A stretch of DNA of 64,000 bases from assembly GCA_050012255.1 (NCBI GenBank), contig JBEKHN010000007.1:1-64000 (forward strand), written 5' to 3'. Below are positions 47,690 to 57,635 of the stretch, piece by piece. A program made the position numbers and the translations under genes. Numbering within the stretch: position 1 is the first letter of the stretch; each line of letters begins with the position of its first letter. This stretch comes from Candidatus Bathyarchaeia archaeon. Its GTDB lineage: Archaea; Thermoproteota; Bathyarchaeia; Bathyarchaeales; Bathycorpusculaceae. The notes beneath the pieces were generated by a model. That model was not told the DNA's origin and made no database searches. It worked only from the letters and a program-made list of their open reading frames with translations.

Positions 47690-48693
47690 TTCGGTGATGT
47701 CGCATCAAGGATAATTAGGAATATTACAGAGCCTAACGGTATTCCTACGTACGTGAGCAGGCTCAGTAGGACGTCTGGGCTCAGGAATCCCAGGCTGCTA
47801 TTACCAAGCATGGCCATTACTGTCAACATGATGACTAGCATCAGGGGGCCTGTGAGAAGAACGGCCACGTAAAACTCTGACAACATTGACAAGGTGTCCG
47901 CATATTTCTTGAGACCTATCCTCTTCAGCTTCATGTACTGCGCGGATTTTTCGCGCAGGTAACTCGCTAAATTGCCGCCAGAGTGAATCATCGAGATAAA
48001 TCCTTCAATCATCTCGCGGAATCTTGCGGAAGGTGTTCGTTTCGAGGCGTCTTCGAGGGCAGAGATTATGTCGCAACCAAATAGGTTTACGTCTCTTACA
48101 ACATCTTTGGCCTGCGCGGAGACGGCTAGAGCAACGGGAAGATTTGCGAGAGAGCTGAAAATGTTCTCAGGAGAAACGCCTGCGCTTGTGAGGATCGCCA
48201 TGTACCCCGTCGTGAATGGTAGCTCGTCTTCTAACTGTCTTTTTGTAGCGTCTGCACGATAAATGGGGTAACCGTAGAATCCTATGGTTGTGAGGGCAAT
48301 TGCTAGAAGGCTGCCACCTAGTCCGAACAGAATGGCTGGTATGAGGCTCACGTTGAGTAGAAAGAAGAGTAGGCATGGAACAGCAGTCAGGATTGCAAGG
48401 AAGAGCGAGATCGTGCAAAACACTGTTAGAGTGACGTAAGCTTTGAAGTTGACCTTCAGCCCTGATCTTTGCAAGTTTGTGTCAAGATCCTTGAAAAGCG
48501 GCAAGATACGTCCTGTCTTTTCTCCGAAGAGTTCGTAAGCTATCCTTTGGAGGCTGCCCAAGGTCAGCTTGACCTTTGCTTGCGGGGTATCGGATGTGTT
48601 ACTGGGCACCTTGAAAGCAGAAGGTCTTAGTCTTGCTTTGAGCCAATTGAAAACTGTCTTGACTCTTTCTAAAAGAGTGTGTGTCGTTTTCAT
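47683..48693 (-). CDS. TadB/C-like T2SS-F membrane protein
   Basis: ELPF...MAILTSAG, TPS, SGGNL. Confidence 0.9.
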   Translation of the reverse strand: MKTTHTLLERVKTVFNWLKARLRPSAFKVPSNTSDTPQAKVKLTLGSLQRIAYELFGEKTGRILPLFKDLDTNLQRSGLKVNFKAYVTLTVFCTISLFLAILTAVPCLLFFLLNVSLIPAILFGLGGSLLAIALTTIGFYGYPIYRADATKRQLEDELPFTTGYMAILTSAGVSPENIFSSLANLPVALAVSAQAKDVVRDVNLFGCDIISALEDASKRTPSARFREMIEGFISMIHSGGNLASYLREKSAQYMKLKRIGLKKYADTLSMLSEFYVAVLLTGPLMLVIMLTVMAMLGNSSLGFLSPDVLLSLLTYVGIPLGSVIFLIILDATSPKW

Positions 48694-50348
48694 TTGAGGC
48701 CAACTCTGGCTTTTTGGAAAACCCTCTCTGGATTAGCGTAATACTCTCTGATTATGTTTGCAACGTCGGTGTATCGTCGAATGCCTTCACGGGTCGCCCA
48801 GTCCAGAACCATCTGTCTTCGGTTCAGCTCGCGCTTAACATCTTCTTGATTGATGCCCAACTTGTTCATGTGTCTCTCTAGAAGGACGCTGTTGCCGAGA
48901 GACGAGAACTTATCAAACTTGGGATTCCAACTGAACATCTCTTTCGTTGAAATATTGCTTTTTTCAGGGTTCAGTTCAACGACTTCTGCGGTTGCGCTAG
49001 CTCTTCTTGCTGGTCTTCCGTCAATCTCTGTTCTGGTCATGACCATGATCACGCTTGTCATTGCAATAAGCGGTTTCGGAATGTTCATCGGTTCAGATTC
49101 AAGCCGGTTTATGGCAGCTTCAACCGATTCTGCATGTATTGTAGACATTCCCAGGTGTCCTGTTGCCATCGCTTGAAAAAGGGTGTATGCCTCGTCTCCA
49201 CGAACCTCGCCCACGATAATGTAGTCGGGTCTCTGTCTAACAGCAGCTTTCAGGAGATCGAACATGGTTATCGTACCGCTTCTCTTATCTTCATGTCCAA
49301 AGCCTAACCTTACAACTGATGGTATCCAATTTTCGTGTGGGAGATTGAGTTCTTGCGTGTCTTCCACACTCACTACTTTCATTTCAGGTTTTATGAACAT
49401 TGACAGACAATTGAGCATGGTTGTTTTTCCAGAGGCCACACCGCCCGCCACGAGCACTGAGGCTCTGTTTTCTATTATGTACCACAGGTATGCAGCCATT
49501 TCCGAAGAAATGGTATTGAACGCGATTAGGTCTGAGATTGTCAACGGGTCTACCCTGAAGCGGCGAATAGTGAACGTTGACCCTCTTCTTGTGACCTCTT
49601 TCCCATACGTTAGCTGAATTCGGCTGCCGTCTGGAAGCGAAGCGTCTAGCATTGGTGATGCTATGGAAACGTTCTTCCTAGATAGGTATGCCAGACGAAC
49701 TATGAATGAGTCCAGTTCTGATTCTTCTTTGAATATGATGTTTGTTGGTATTGATTCATACATTCTGTGCCAGACATAGATCGGTATGTTCACGCCGTCC
49801 GCGGATATGTCTTCAATGAGATGGTCCTTCATTAAGGGGTCAATTCTTCCATAGCCTATGAAGTCCCTTACGACGTAGTAAACTAGCTTGTCGACCGCTT
49901 CTGGCACGATCTTCATTCTGTACTTCTTTACTATTCCCTTTGTCCTTTCTCTAAGGTAATCTTCTGCTTTGTCTTTAGTTTCTATTTCATTCGAGTTTAC
50001 GTCAACTTCCTGCATCAAGAAGCTCTTCAGCTCTTTCAGTTGTTTCTCTTCTTCTTCTTGAAGTGTTGGCTCTATGATTTCGTAACGCACTTTCTGAGTT
50101 TCTGGGTCTTTGATTATTGCCGCGTACACGTATGGTTCTTGTATTGGATAGGCCTCTCTAAAGACAGCCAGCTTCTTTGCTTGGCCCTCTATGATGACGC
50201 CTGGCGACGCTTCCTCTCGACTGTTTGAGGGCTTTGCCTGTTCTGTCGTAGTTTTCACTGCCCTTTTGGGTTTACAGTCTATAGTGGTGTTGAATATATA
50301 TTGTGTAGTGAGTCTTAATAAGTTATATGCACGCCCAATCCTTAGCAC
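48690..50348 (-). CDS. Pilus assembly ATPase (VirB11/ArlI family); true start likely ~50258
   Basis: GGVASGKTT, VEDTQEL, RQRPDYIIVGEVRG, TGH. Confidence 0.95.
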   Translation of the reverse strand: MLRIGRAYNLLRLTTQYIFNTTIDCKPKRAVKTTTEQAKPSNSREEASPGVIIEGQAKKLAVFREAYPIQEPYVYAAIIKDPETQKVRYEIIEPTLQEEEEKQLKELKSFLMQEVDVNSNEIETKDKAEDYLRERTKGIVKKYRMKIVPEAVDKLVYYVVRDFIGYGRIDPLMKDHLIEDISADGVNIPIYVWHRMYESIPTNIIFKEESELDSFIVRLAYLSRKNVSIASPMLDASLPDGSRIQLTYGKEVTRRGSTFTIRRFRVDPLTISDLIAFNTISSEMAAYLWYIIENRASVLVAGGVASGKTTMLNCLSMFIKPEMKVVSVEDTQELNLPHENWIPSVVRLGFGHEDKRSGTITMFDLLKAAVRQRPDYIIVGEVRGDEAYTLFQAMATGHLGMSTIHAESVEAAINRLESEPMNIPKPLIAMTSVIMVMTRTEIDGRPARRASATAEVVELNPEKSNISTKEMFSWNPKFDKFSSLGNSVLLERHMNKLGINQEDVKRELNRRQMVLDWATREGIRRYTDVANIIREYYANPERVFQKARVGLK

Positions 50349-50553
50349 ACTTATCGCAGGTCAACCTTAATAGAAGCAGAGCGCACGTGTTGTTTTAGGG
50401 CTTCGGATGACTGGGGTCACAGAAGACGCCGAGCGCGTGCGAAGACCAAAGTTGCCAAAGCGAAGATTGCTCAGAAGGCAGAGAAAGAGGCTCAAGTGTG
50501 CCCATGACGGTGGACAAGAGATCAAGCCAAAGCGGACTGGTTACAAGCGAGGC

Positions 50554-50730
50554 ATGTTGTTTTGTCCGCAGTGTGGTTCAACGAATCTCTTCTGGGCTTC
50601 TGGCCTGCCGCATCTTTGGTCCATCTGGGAATGCAAGAACTGTGGATATCGCGGAGCTTTCATTGTCAGAAATGGCAAGCTTGCAGAGAAAGTCAGAGAG
50701 AACTATGGGAAAAGGACCGCAAAAGAATAG
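50554..50730 (+). CDS. Small zinc-ribbon protein
   Basis: FCPQCGS...WECKNCGYRG. Confidence 0.7.
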   Translation: MLFCPQCGSTNLFWASGLPHLWSIWECKNCGYRGAFIVRNGKLAEKVRENYGKRTAKE

Positions 50731-50875
50731 AGCTTACTGTGCTTTGATGCGAGGTTTCGAGTTTTTGTTCTGTTGTTGTGTGTCTGCGCTTCAGGTCTTC
50801 CTCGGTTCGTCTAAGCCGACGGCGCCCTCTCCTCTGCTGCTGCTGACCGTTTCGATTGGCTAATCGAAACACCCT

Positions 50876-51703
50876 TCACGCAAGAGTTAAGATTGAAAGC
50901 TTTGTGGCTCCAAGAGTTCTTCTTAGGAGGTCGTATACTGATGGAATTCCTACGAATAAGCGAACGTAGACTGCTGATACCAAAATTATGATCGTTAAGA
51001 TTATGAGGATGAAATCGCCCCTGTGCATTCTGAGCACGTAAAGGTTGGTGCGGTTTTTTGTGGCTCCCCAAGCGCGGGATTCCATGGCTTCGGCTAATTC
51101 CAAGCTTCTACGGATCGCGCTTACGATCAGCGGTATGAGGATCGGAATGTAGTTTCTGATCCTTTTTAGAAAGTTTCCGCGTTCAAGCTCCAGTCCTCTT
51201 GCTTTTTGGGCGTCCATGATTGTCTGTGCCTCCTCAGCCAGCACTGGGACAAAGCGTACTGCGGTTGTGAAGGCGAAGACGAACTCGTAAGGCACGTGTG
51301 TCTGTTCCAACGCTAGACCCAGGTGGTCAGGCGAGGTCGTCAGGAAGAAGACTGAGAATGACTCAACAAGCACTATGAAGCGGAGAGTCAGGGCTATGGC
51401 CCCTTCGGCGTTTTTAGGTGTGACTGTGTAGCCGGCTCCGATGAATGAGAAGATGAAGTTTGTGAGGAAAATCACGATGGCCAAGAAGGCTGCTCCGCGC
51501 ATTGAGCGCAGCCACTCGCGTCTGACGCCTGCAAGAATTACGAATGGGACCTGGATCAGGAAGAGCACGATTAGAGGTAGCAGTTCCCAAAAGATGATCG
51601 CGGCGACGAAGATTGCGCAGACGTAGAGAAACTTTATCCTCGGGTCTAGGCTGTGGATGGGTGAGTAGATTTTTCGAAACTTGAGTCCGGTGAAAACGCT
51701 CAT
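50876..51703 (-). CDS. ecfT: ECF transporter T component
   Basis: LDPRIK, RFVP, AQKARG, AMESR. Confidence 0.93.
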   Translation of the reverse strand: MSVFTGLKFRKIYSPIHSLDPRIKFLYVCAIFVAAIIFWELLPLIVLFLIQVPFVILAGVRREWLRSMRGAAFLAIVIFLTNFIFSFIGAGYTVTPKNAEGAIALTLRFIVLVESFSVFFLTTSPDHLGLALEQTHVPYEFVFAFTTAVRFVPVLAEEAQTIMDAQKARGLELERGNFLKRIRNYIPILIPLIVSAIRRSLELAEAMESRAWGATKNRTNLYVLRMHRGDFILIILTIIILVSAVYVRLFVGIPSVYDLLRRTLGATKLSILTLA

Positions 51704-52524
51704 GTTGCGCGTTTCTCCAGAATCCGAAGGAGGATTCTCTGCGCCTCGTAGACGTCGATCACGTTCTTCGGAAGGCCTAGACCAGGCAGGTCCAAGAAAA
51801 TTTGAGCTATTTGCGGTGGCACGATTGATGCTCGTTCCAAGGTTTGCGCATCGGTCAGGATTTTTCCAGCCTCTCCGTCAGCGATGATTTTTCCGTCCAG
51901 CATCAGCACGACTCTTGGGTTGCATTCAGCCACAAACTCGACATCATGCGTAACGATGATCGTTGTTTTCTTCTGAGTTTTCATTTGCAGGATGAACTGT
52001 CTCAGTTTCTCCTTCTGCTCATAATCCTGTCCTATCGTTGGTTCGTCTAGTATCAGCGTTTCAGGGTCCCAGGCTAACACTGAGGCCAAGGCCACACGTT
52101 TTCTTTCTCCGCCGCTGAGCATGAAGGGTGAGGTTTTTCTGTACTGGGTTAGGCCTAGAAGGTTAAGGGCCCAAGTTATCCGTTTTTCAGTTATGTTTTC
52201 GTCAAACCCGAAATTTCTCAATGCGAAGGCGATTTCTTCTTCCACTGTTTCACTGAAGAGCTGATGATCTGGGTTTTGGAAGACGAAGCCGACGTTTCGA
52301 GATAGCTTTGCCACGCTTGTTTTTGCAGTGTCAACGCTATCAACGAGCACACTTCCTTGACTTGGTTTGAGTAAGCCGTTGAAATGCTTCACAAGTGTCG
52401 TCTTGCCAGCGCCGTTCTGCCCCATGATTGCCAAAAAATCGCCGTTTTCAATCTTTAAAGATACGCCTTTCAATGCTTCCACGCCGTTTGGGTACGTGAA
52501 ATGGATGTCGTTCACTTCGATCAT
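51700..52524 (-). CDS. ecfA: ECF transporter ATPase
   Basis: GQNGAGKT, FQNPDHQ, LSGGE, DEPT. Confidence 0.93.
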   Translation of the reverse strand: MIEVNDIHFTYPNGVEALKGVSLKIENGDFLAIMGQNGAGKTTLVKHFNGLLKPSQGSVLVDSVDTAKTSVAKLSRNVGFVFQNPDHQLFSETVEEEIAFALRNFGFDENITEKRITWALNLLGLTQYRKTSPFMLSGGERKRVALASVLAWDPETLILDEPTIGQDYEQKEKLRQFILQMKTQKKTTIIVTHDVEFVAECNPRVVLMLDGKIIADGEAGKILTDAQTLERASIVPPQIAQIFLDLPGLGLPKNVIDVYEAQRILLRILEKRAT

Positions 52525-53372
52525 CCGATTTTGAGAGCCTCCAGGAGCATCGTTGCCATTTCTTCCGAAGACAGCGGAAGTGTGCCGCCCAGTTTCACTC
52601 CGGCCTTTCGTAGCATCTCATAGAGACGCGTTGCTTTTGGAATTCCAACTCCGATCAGACGTGTTTCTTCTGACTGCAGAATATCGTGAGGGTCGCCGTC
52701 GGAGACGACCTTTCCCTCGTTCATTATGATTATGTGGTTCGCAAACCTGGCTGTCAAATCTAGCCTGTGTTCCACCAGCACCACTGTTATTCCCAGAGTT
52801 CTGTTCAGCTGGTGGATCGTCTCGAATATTCTTCTTGCGCTCAAGGGGTCGAGGAAGGAGGTTGGTTCATCCAGCACTATCACTTCAGGCTGCATCGCAA
52901 GGACGGAGGCTATCGCAACGCGTTGTTGCTGTCCGCCTGAAAGCTCGTGCGGAGCTCTCTCCCTCAGATCGTAGATCCCTGTTAACTCGAGGGCCCAGTC
53001 CACTTTTTTGCGCATTTCTTCCCTTGGGACTCCTAGGTTTTCAAGCCCGAACGCCACGTCTTTTTCGACGGAAAGCGCGAAGAGCTGGTTCTCCGGGTTT
53101 TGGAAGACAAGCCCTGCGTGTTTAGCTAGCTCATAGATCTGGTGGTCAGCAACGTTCAGGCCAGCGAGAAAGACCTGGCCTTTGATTTCGCCTTGGTAGA
53201 AGTGAGGGATTAGGCCGTTGAAGCATCGGCAGAGGGTTGTTTTTCCGCAGCCGCTTGGGCCGGTGATCAGTGTGAACTCGCCTTTCTCTATTTTTATGGA
53301 AATGTCTTCGATGGAGTGTCTTGTTGCGCCTGGGTAGGTGTAAGTAAGTTCTTTTGTTTCGATGAGGGCCAT
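52521..53372 (-). CDS. ecfA: ECF transporter ATPase
   Basis: GPSGCGKT, FQNPENQ, LSGGQ, DEPT. Confidence 0.93.
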   Translation of the reverse strand: MALIETKELTYTYPGATRHSIEDISIKIEKGEFTLITGPSGCGKTTLCRCFNGLIPHFYQGEIKGQVFLAGLNVADHQIYELAKHAGLVFQNPENQLFALSVEKDVAFGLENLGVPREEMRKKVDWALELTGIYDLRERAPHELSGGQQQRVAIASVLAMQPEVIVLDEPTSFLDPLSARRIFETIHQLNRTLGITVVLVEHRLDLTARFANHIIIMNEGKVVSDGDPHDILQSEETRLIGVGIPKATRLYEMLRKAGVKLGGTLPLSSEEMATMLLEALKIG

Positions 53373-53428
53373 AGAACCGGTGCCTGCCTGTCTTGAAGCG
53401 GGTTTTCGGCTCATTTAAGAGTAGCTAC

Positions 53429-54424
53429 TTAATTGTGGCTACCCAGCCTTTCCTTAAGAAGGGAAAAGCACCATTTAAGCCCGATCTCTATGTCTCCCTC
53501 ACCGTTTACTCCAGCGGCCGTGGCGTGTCCTCCGCCCATGCCGTGGAGGTGTTCGCCCAGCGGTTTCGCTATGTCTCTTCCCAAGTGTATGTTGGTCTGT
53601 TTGTGGAACTCAAGGGAGCTACGTAGGCTGATTTCGATCTTGCCGTTTTTTGTTCCCGCGACGGCTGCGACGTGGGCGCCCAGTTCGATGAGGGCTCGGG
53701 CTGCTGAGGCTTCGTAGGCGCTGACGTGGGAGAGGGCTATTATCCATTCGTTGATCTTGAAGAGTTTGGTTCTTCGCGAGGCCTTGAGTCTCGCTACTCG
53801 TTCGGAGAAGTCCATCGGCAGAGAGAGCATCGCTATGGTTTCCTGCGCGTTCACGCCGGCGTCGATGAGTTCTGCGATGTTTTTCAGTGTCGTCGAGCTG
53901 GCTAGGACGAAGTGCCGCGTGTCGAATGTTATGCCTAGGAACAGTGCTTTGGCTTCGGTTTCGCCGAGCTTTGCGCCCGTTTCCTTGTAGAAGTTGTAGA
54001 CGATTTCGCATGTTGATGATGATTCTTCGTTGATTATACAGATTCTTGCGAGGCTTTCTGTTTCGGGGTGGCTTGCGTGATGATCGATCACTATGATTGG
54101 CGCTTTTGAGCCTTTCACTTTTTCGGAGAGGCTGTCCAACTGCTGGATCGTGTTGGTGTCGAGCAGCACGATTACGTCTGCTTTCTCGACGCTGGGTTGT
54201 GGTTTAACGTTTATGGGCAAGTATTGTAGAAGATGTTTTGAGAGTCTGCTTATTCCTTGGGCGGCTCCGACCTCAATCTCTGTTTGCGGGCACGTCTGTT
54301 TGAGCAGGCTTGCGAAGGCGTACGAGGAGCAGATTGCGTCCGGGTCAGCGTTGTGGTGGCACAGAAGGACGACTAGTCTTGCATCCAGTGTTTCGAATAG
54401 TTTGGCTATTTCCGCGTATGGCAA
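53429..54424 (-). CDS. DHH/DHHA1 phosphoesterase
   Basis: HHNADPDA, IDHH, GGGHATAAG. Confidence 0.92.
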   Translation of the reverse strand: MPYAEIAKLFETLDARLVVLLCHHNADPDAICSSYAFASLLKQTCPQTEIEVGAAQGISRLSKHLLQYLPINVKPQPSVEKADVIVLLDTNTIQQLDSLSEKVKGSKAPIIVIDHHASHPETESLARICIINEESSSTCEIVYNFYKETGAKLGETEAKALFLGITFDTRHFVLASSTTLKNIAELIDAGVNAQETIAMLSLPMDFSERVARLKASRRTKLFKINEWIIALSHVSAYEASAARALIELGAHVAAVAGTKNGKIEISLRSSLEFHKQTNIHLGRDIAKPLGEHLHGMGGGHATAAGVNGEGDIEIGLKWCFSLLKERLGSHN

Positions 54425-54708
54425 GCCAGTTCCCTCAGGTATTTTTCAGCCGAGGCGAATGCTTCTCTCACGGCTTCGTCAGCGAGTTTTTGTACGTCAA
54501 GACTTTCTGCGCGTGTTGACAGCTGGATGTCTACGTCGACAGCTAGTCTCAGGGGTTTTGTGCGGTCTGCTTCAGCGCTTATGTTCAGGGTTTCTATCAA
54601 TTTTGATGGGACCCGTCTTAAAACGTGCTTCCTCGCTACTTCTTCCGCGGTCGAGCACAGTTGCTCGACCTGTTCGCTGGTTAAGTCTGGCAGGCCGAGC
54701 CCTTCCAC
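54406..54708 (-). CDS. DUF3194-like conserved archaeal protein
   Basis: GLPDLT..., located between pfdB and DHH. Confidence 0.7.
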   Translation of the reverse strand: MEGLGLPDLTSEQVEQLCSTAEEVARKHVLRRVPSKLIETLNISAEADRTKPLRLAVDVDIQLSTRAESLDVQKLADEAVREAFASAEKYLRELACHTRK

Positions 54709-54728
54709 GTTTTCACCCGTTTTTGCGG

Positions 54729-55097
54729 CTAGGCGGGTGGGGAAATGGGGTTCAGGTCTTGTTGAAGCTTGGTTTGGACGTCTTTCAGTTGACCTCGTAA
54801 GCGCTCTTCCTGCTTTCCGAGGACTGTTACTCGCGTTTTGAGCAGTTCTTTTCGTTCGTTCAGGTCTGTTGTTACCCTGGTTTTTTCAGATTTAACTAGA
54901 AGTGAGCCTGTTGCCTTGTAAATGACTGCGTCGTCGGTCAGTTTTTGCAGTTCATTCAAGGCTTGGTCGATCTCCATCAGTTCCAGTTCCACTTGCTGCT
55001 TCTGCCCCAGGACTGATTGGAGCGTTTGTTGAAGCTGCTGAAGTCTCAGCAGACGCTCTTGAACTTGGAGCGGAAGCGTTGACTCTTCATCACTCAC
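54729..55097 (-). CDS. pfdB: Prefoldin beta subunit
   Basis: LQQLQQTLQ, IYKATGSLLVK hairpin, coiled coils. Confidence 0.93.
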   Translation of the reverse strand: MSDEESTLPLQVQERLLRLQQLQQTLQSVLGQKQQVELELMEIDQALNELQKLTDDAVIYKATGSLLVKSEKTRVTTDLNERKELLKTRVTVLGKQEERLRGQLKDVQTKLQQDLNPISPPA

Positions 55098-55246
55098 CTT
55101 TATTCCTTCGATCTGGACTGCAATAAGCCGAGCTGTTAATTAACATTTTCTCAGCGTTCCATGAAGCAGCGCTGTCATTGCTGTTGCCCGTGTTCGCGTT
55201 TTAGCGGAAGGCTTAACATCCCTGTATTCGCGTTTTCACCTCGTCT

Positions 55247-55463
55247 ATTTCACCCTCCCCCCTAGGGTGTTAGTACTGCAGACGGTCGTTGGTGAGGGCC
55301 TTTCTGACTTTGTGCGGGCTGGAAAGCGGGCGCGTGATGAGGGCTGGGCAGAAGGTTTTGGTTAGGGCTTAGAAACCGTTCGGTGCGCTCTACAATCCCT
55401 TCGTCTTCTACGCACACTTGTTCATTAGGGTCTGAACAAGTACTTCTCAATGGAGGGTGAGAT
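55247..55463 (+). ncRNA. Candidate structured RNA
   Basis: Terminal stem ATTTCACCCTCC/GGAGGGTGAGAT, 9-bp hairpin 55416-55441, TGATGA and CTGA boxes. Confidence 0.35.
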
Positions 55464-55720
55464 TATCGTGCTTCTAGAACTTCGAGGACGTTCAAGATGG
55501 AGTTTATCCATCTGAGGTATGCGTTCAGAGACGCGCGCAACGCTACGGTGTCGTCGGCTTCAACACTCAGAACTAGGGACCTGTCTTCTTGCTTCAGGAG
55601 CGTTCGCGCTCGAGTGGTGGCCGGGTTTTTGGCTTCTGGCTTCAAGGAGTTGAGAACCGTTTGTAACTTTTCTTCTGAAGAGAACTTTAAACGTACGGTT
55701 GCTCTTGTCTTCACTGCCAA
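55463..55720 (-). CDS. pcc1: KEOPS subunit Pcc1
   Basis: SLKPE...ADDTVALRASLNAYLRWI. Confidence 0.92.
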   Translation of the reverse strand: MAVKTRATVRLKFSSEEKLQTVLNSLKPEAKNPATTRARTLLKQEDRSLVLSVEADDTVALRASLNAYLRWINSILNVLEVLEAR

Positions 55721-55780
55721 GCTTCAAACCCACTGTTAATCGTAAAAACGGTTTTGGACAGAATAGTGAAGTGGGAGAAA

Positions 55781-56086
55781 TTAGGCGGCTTCTGTTTCTT
55801 CTTCTGCTGTTTTCATCGTCTCTTCGGCTGGTAATCCCTTGGCTGAACGTTTCGCTACTACGCCGAGTTTTGTGACTGGCGTGTAGGCCCCGCCCGTGTA
55901 GGTGAACCCGCACTTTCTGCACTTCCAGACGCCGACGCTTTCTCTCTTGACTCTGAGGAATCCGCATTGTGGGCACCGGTGAGGTTTTCTCATTCCTTCC
56001 ATTACTTTGATGTAGCGTTTTCTCACCGTGGAGCCGTAGCGAGGTCCCAGGCCTCGTGCGAGTCCGACTTTCTTAGTTCTCGGCAT
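55781..56086 (-). CDS. rpl37ae: 50S ribosomal protein L37ae
   Basis: PRYGSTVRKR, CPQC, WKCRKC, GGAY. Confidence 0.96.
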   Translation of the reverse strand: MPRTKKVGLARGLGPRYGSTVRKRYIKVMEGMRKPHRCPQCGFLRVKRESVGVWKCRKCGFTYTGGAYTPVTKLGVVAKRSAKGLPAEETMKTAEEETEAA

Positions 56087-56094
56087 GTGGGGTG

Positions 56095-56886
56095 TCACCA
56101 GTTCAGTTTCTTGCGCATTTCCTTGACCTTTTGTTCAATTATCTTCGCTGCTTCCAGCACTTGGCTCGGTTCGAAGTACCCACTGCCGCCCTTCTGTATC
56201 GCGCATATGTGCCCATCGTCATCAATAGCCATTGAAATCCTTGCGTCCATGACCTGTTCCTCTTCTAGCAGCGGGTCAACGAGGAGCTTGTTCCCTATCT
56301 TCGCGACGGTAACTGTTATCGGCCGCTTGTTTATTGGAAGTTTTTCGTAGCCCGGTTTGATTTTGACTTCTCCTTCTTTGACTTCGTAGTTGGCCATTTT
56401 CGTGTTAAGCAAGGCGGCCACTGCGGCCAACGCTGACGCGTCTATGAGGTTTCCATCGTGGTTGAGAACGTAGATGTCCACGAAGACTACGAAGACCTTC
56501 TTTCCGGCTTCGATGACGAGTTTGTCTGTGTCGATGGCCTTTGACTCTCTTATTCCCCTGTCAACGATTCTTGCAAGTTCTATGGAGTCCTCGTCTGGTG
56601 GTCCTGCCTCGAAAGCCGGTGAGGCTATTGGCGTGAGTTCCGCGTTGACTGTCAAGACGCCTTCGTTAGGCGTGTCTGGAAACGGTTCGCCCATTTCGAT
56701 CTTCACTCCGACCACGACCTCTGTTTTGCCGAGGAGTACCCTGGCAGAGCCTTCAGCGCGTTCGATGATGCCTTGCTCGATTTTCATCTCGCGATAATCT
56801 GTCAGGTCGCGGCCGTCCATGCGTTTTTCTTTGTCTATCATTTCTGTAATCTGCTTCTGCTTTACACGCGTGAGGATTTGGGCCAT
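56095..56886 (-). CDS. rrp42: Exosome subunit Rrp42
   Basis: RMDGR, AEGSA, PFPDTP, ELARIVDRGIRE, DGNLIDA. Confidence 0.96.
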   Translation of the reverse strand: MAQILTRVKQKQITEMIDKEKRMDGRDLTDYREMKIEQGIIERAEGSARVLLGKTEVVVGVKIEMGEPFPDTPNEGVLTVNAELTPIASPAFEAGPPDEDSIELARIVDRGIRESKAIDTDKLVIEAGKKVFVVFVDIYVLNHDGNLIDASALAAVAALLNTKMANYEVKEGEVKIKPGYEKLPINKRPITVTVAKIGNKLLVDPLLEEEQVMDARISMAIDDDGHICAIQKGGSGYFEPSQVLEAAKIIEQKVKEMRKKLNW

Positions 56887-57635
56887 TAATCTTCAGCCTC
56901 CTCCTTGATGTCTTCGCTAACGTTGACGTACTTCGTCTTCAGAGCCTCCTTCTGCATGGCGTAGATCTTTCTGCATCCCTCAAGGGCCATGTTAACAGCG
57001 GTCTCGAACTCTTCACGCGTCAGTAAGCCGTCCATCTGCAGAAGTGTCACAGCGTTCAGGTTGGGCATCAGAGCCACCGGGACGTCTGCAGAGCCCACTT
57101 TGTCCTCCGTGTCCATCAGGTCCAGCACCACCGTGTTGTCGATCTTGCCCGCTGCGCACGCTACGACGAGGTCCCTCATGGGAATTCCTGAATCGGCAAG
57201 GGCTAAGGCCGCGGCTGTTATGCTCGCGCATCTTGTTCCCCCGTCAGCCTGCAGCACTTCTATGAAAACATTTACCATTGTTCGGGGGTAGTACTCCATG
57301 AAGACGGCGGGTTCAAGAGATTCTCTTATCATTTTTGAGAGTTCAATTTCCCTTCTTGAGGGTGCTGGCGATTTGCGTTCTTGCACAGAGAATGGTGCCA
57401 TGTGATAGCGACACTTTAAGACTGTTCGGTCTTGAAGTGCTAAGTGTTTAGGATGCACTTCTCTCGGGCCGTACACGGCTGCCAGAATCTTGTTTTTTCC
57501 ATGTTCAACGTACGCTGAGCCGTCGGCGTTCGATATGACGCCGACTTCAAGCTTTACAGGCCTCAGCTCGTCTGGTTTTCTGCCATCCAGTCTTAGGCCT
57601 TTTTTGTCGATTAACTTTTCAGGTTTATCATTCAT
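56886..57635 (-). CDS. rrp41: Exosome subunit Rrp41
   Basis: [26 protein letters not shown]. Confidence 0.97.
   Translation of the reverse strand: MNDKPEKLIDKKGLRLDGRKPDELRPVKLEVGVISNADGSAYVEHGKNKILAAVYGPREVHPKHLALQDRTVLKCRYHMAPFSVQERKSPAPSRREIELSKMIRESLEPAVFMEYYPRTMVNVFIEVLQADGGTRCASITAAALALADSGIPMRDLVVACAAGKIDNTVVLDLMDTEDKVGSADVPVALMPNLNAVTLLQMDGLLTREEFETAVNMALEGCRKIYAMQKEALKTKYVNVSEDIKEEAED

Noticed and set aside
44499-50348. Archaellum operon
   Set aside because: No arlH, arlF/G or archaellin-type gene set; two TadB/C-like proteins fit a pilus
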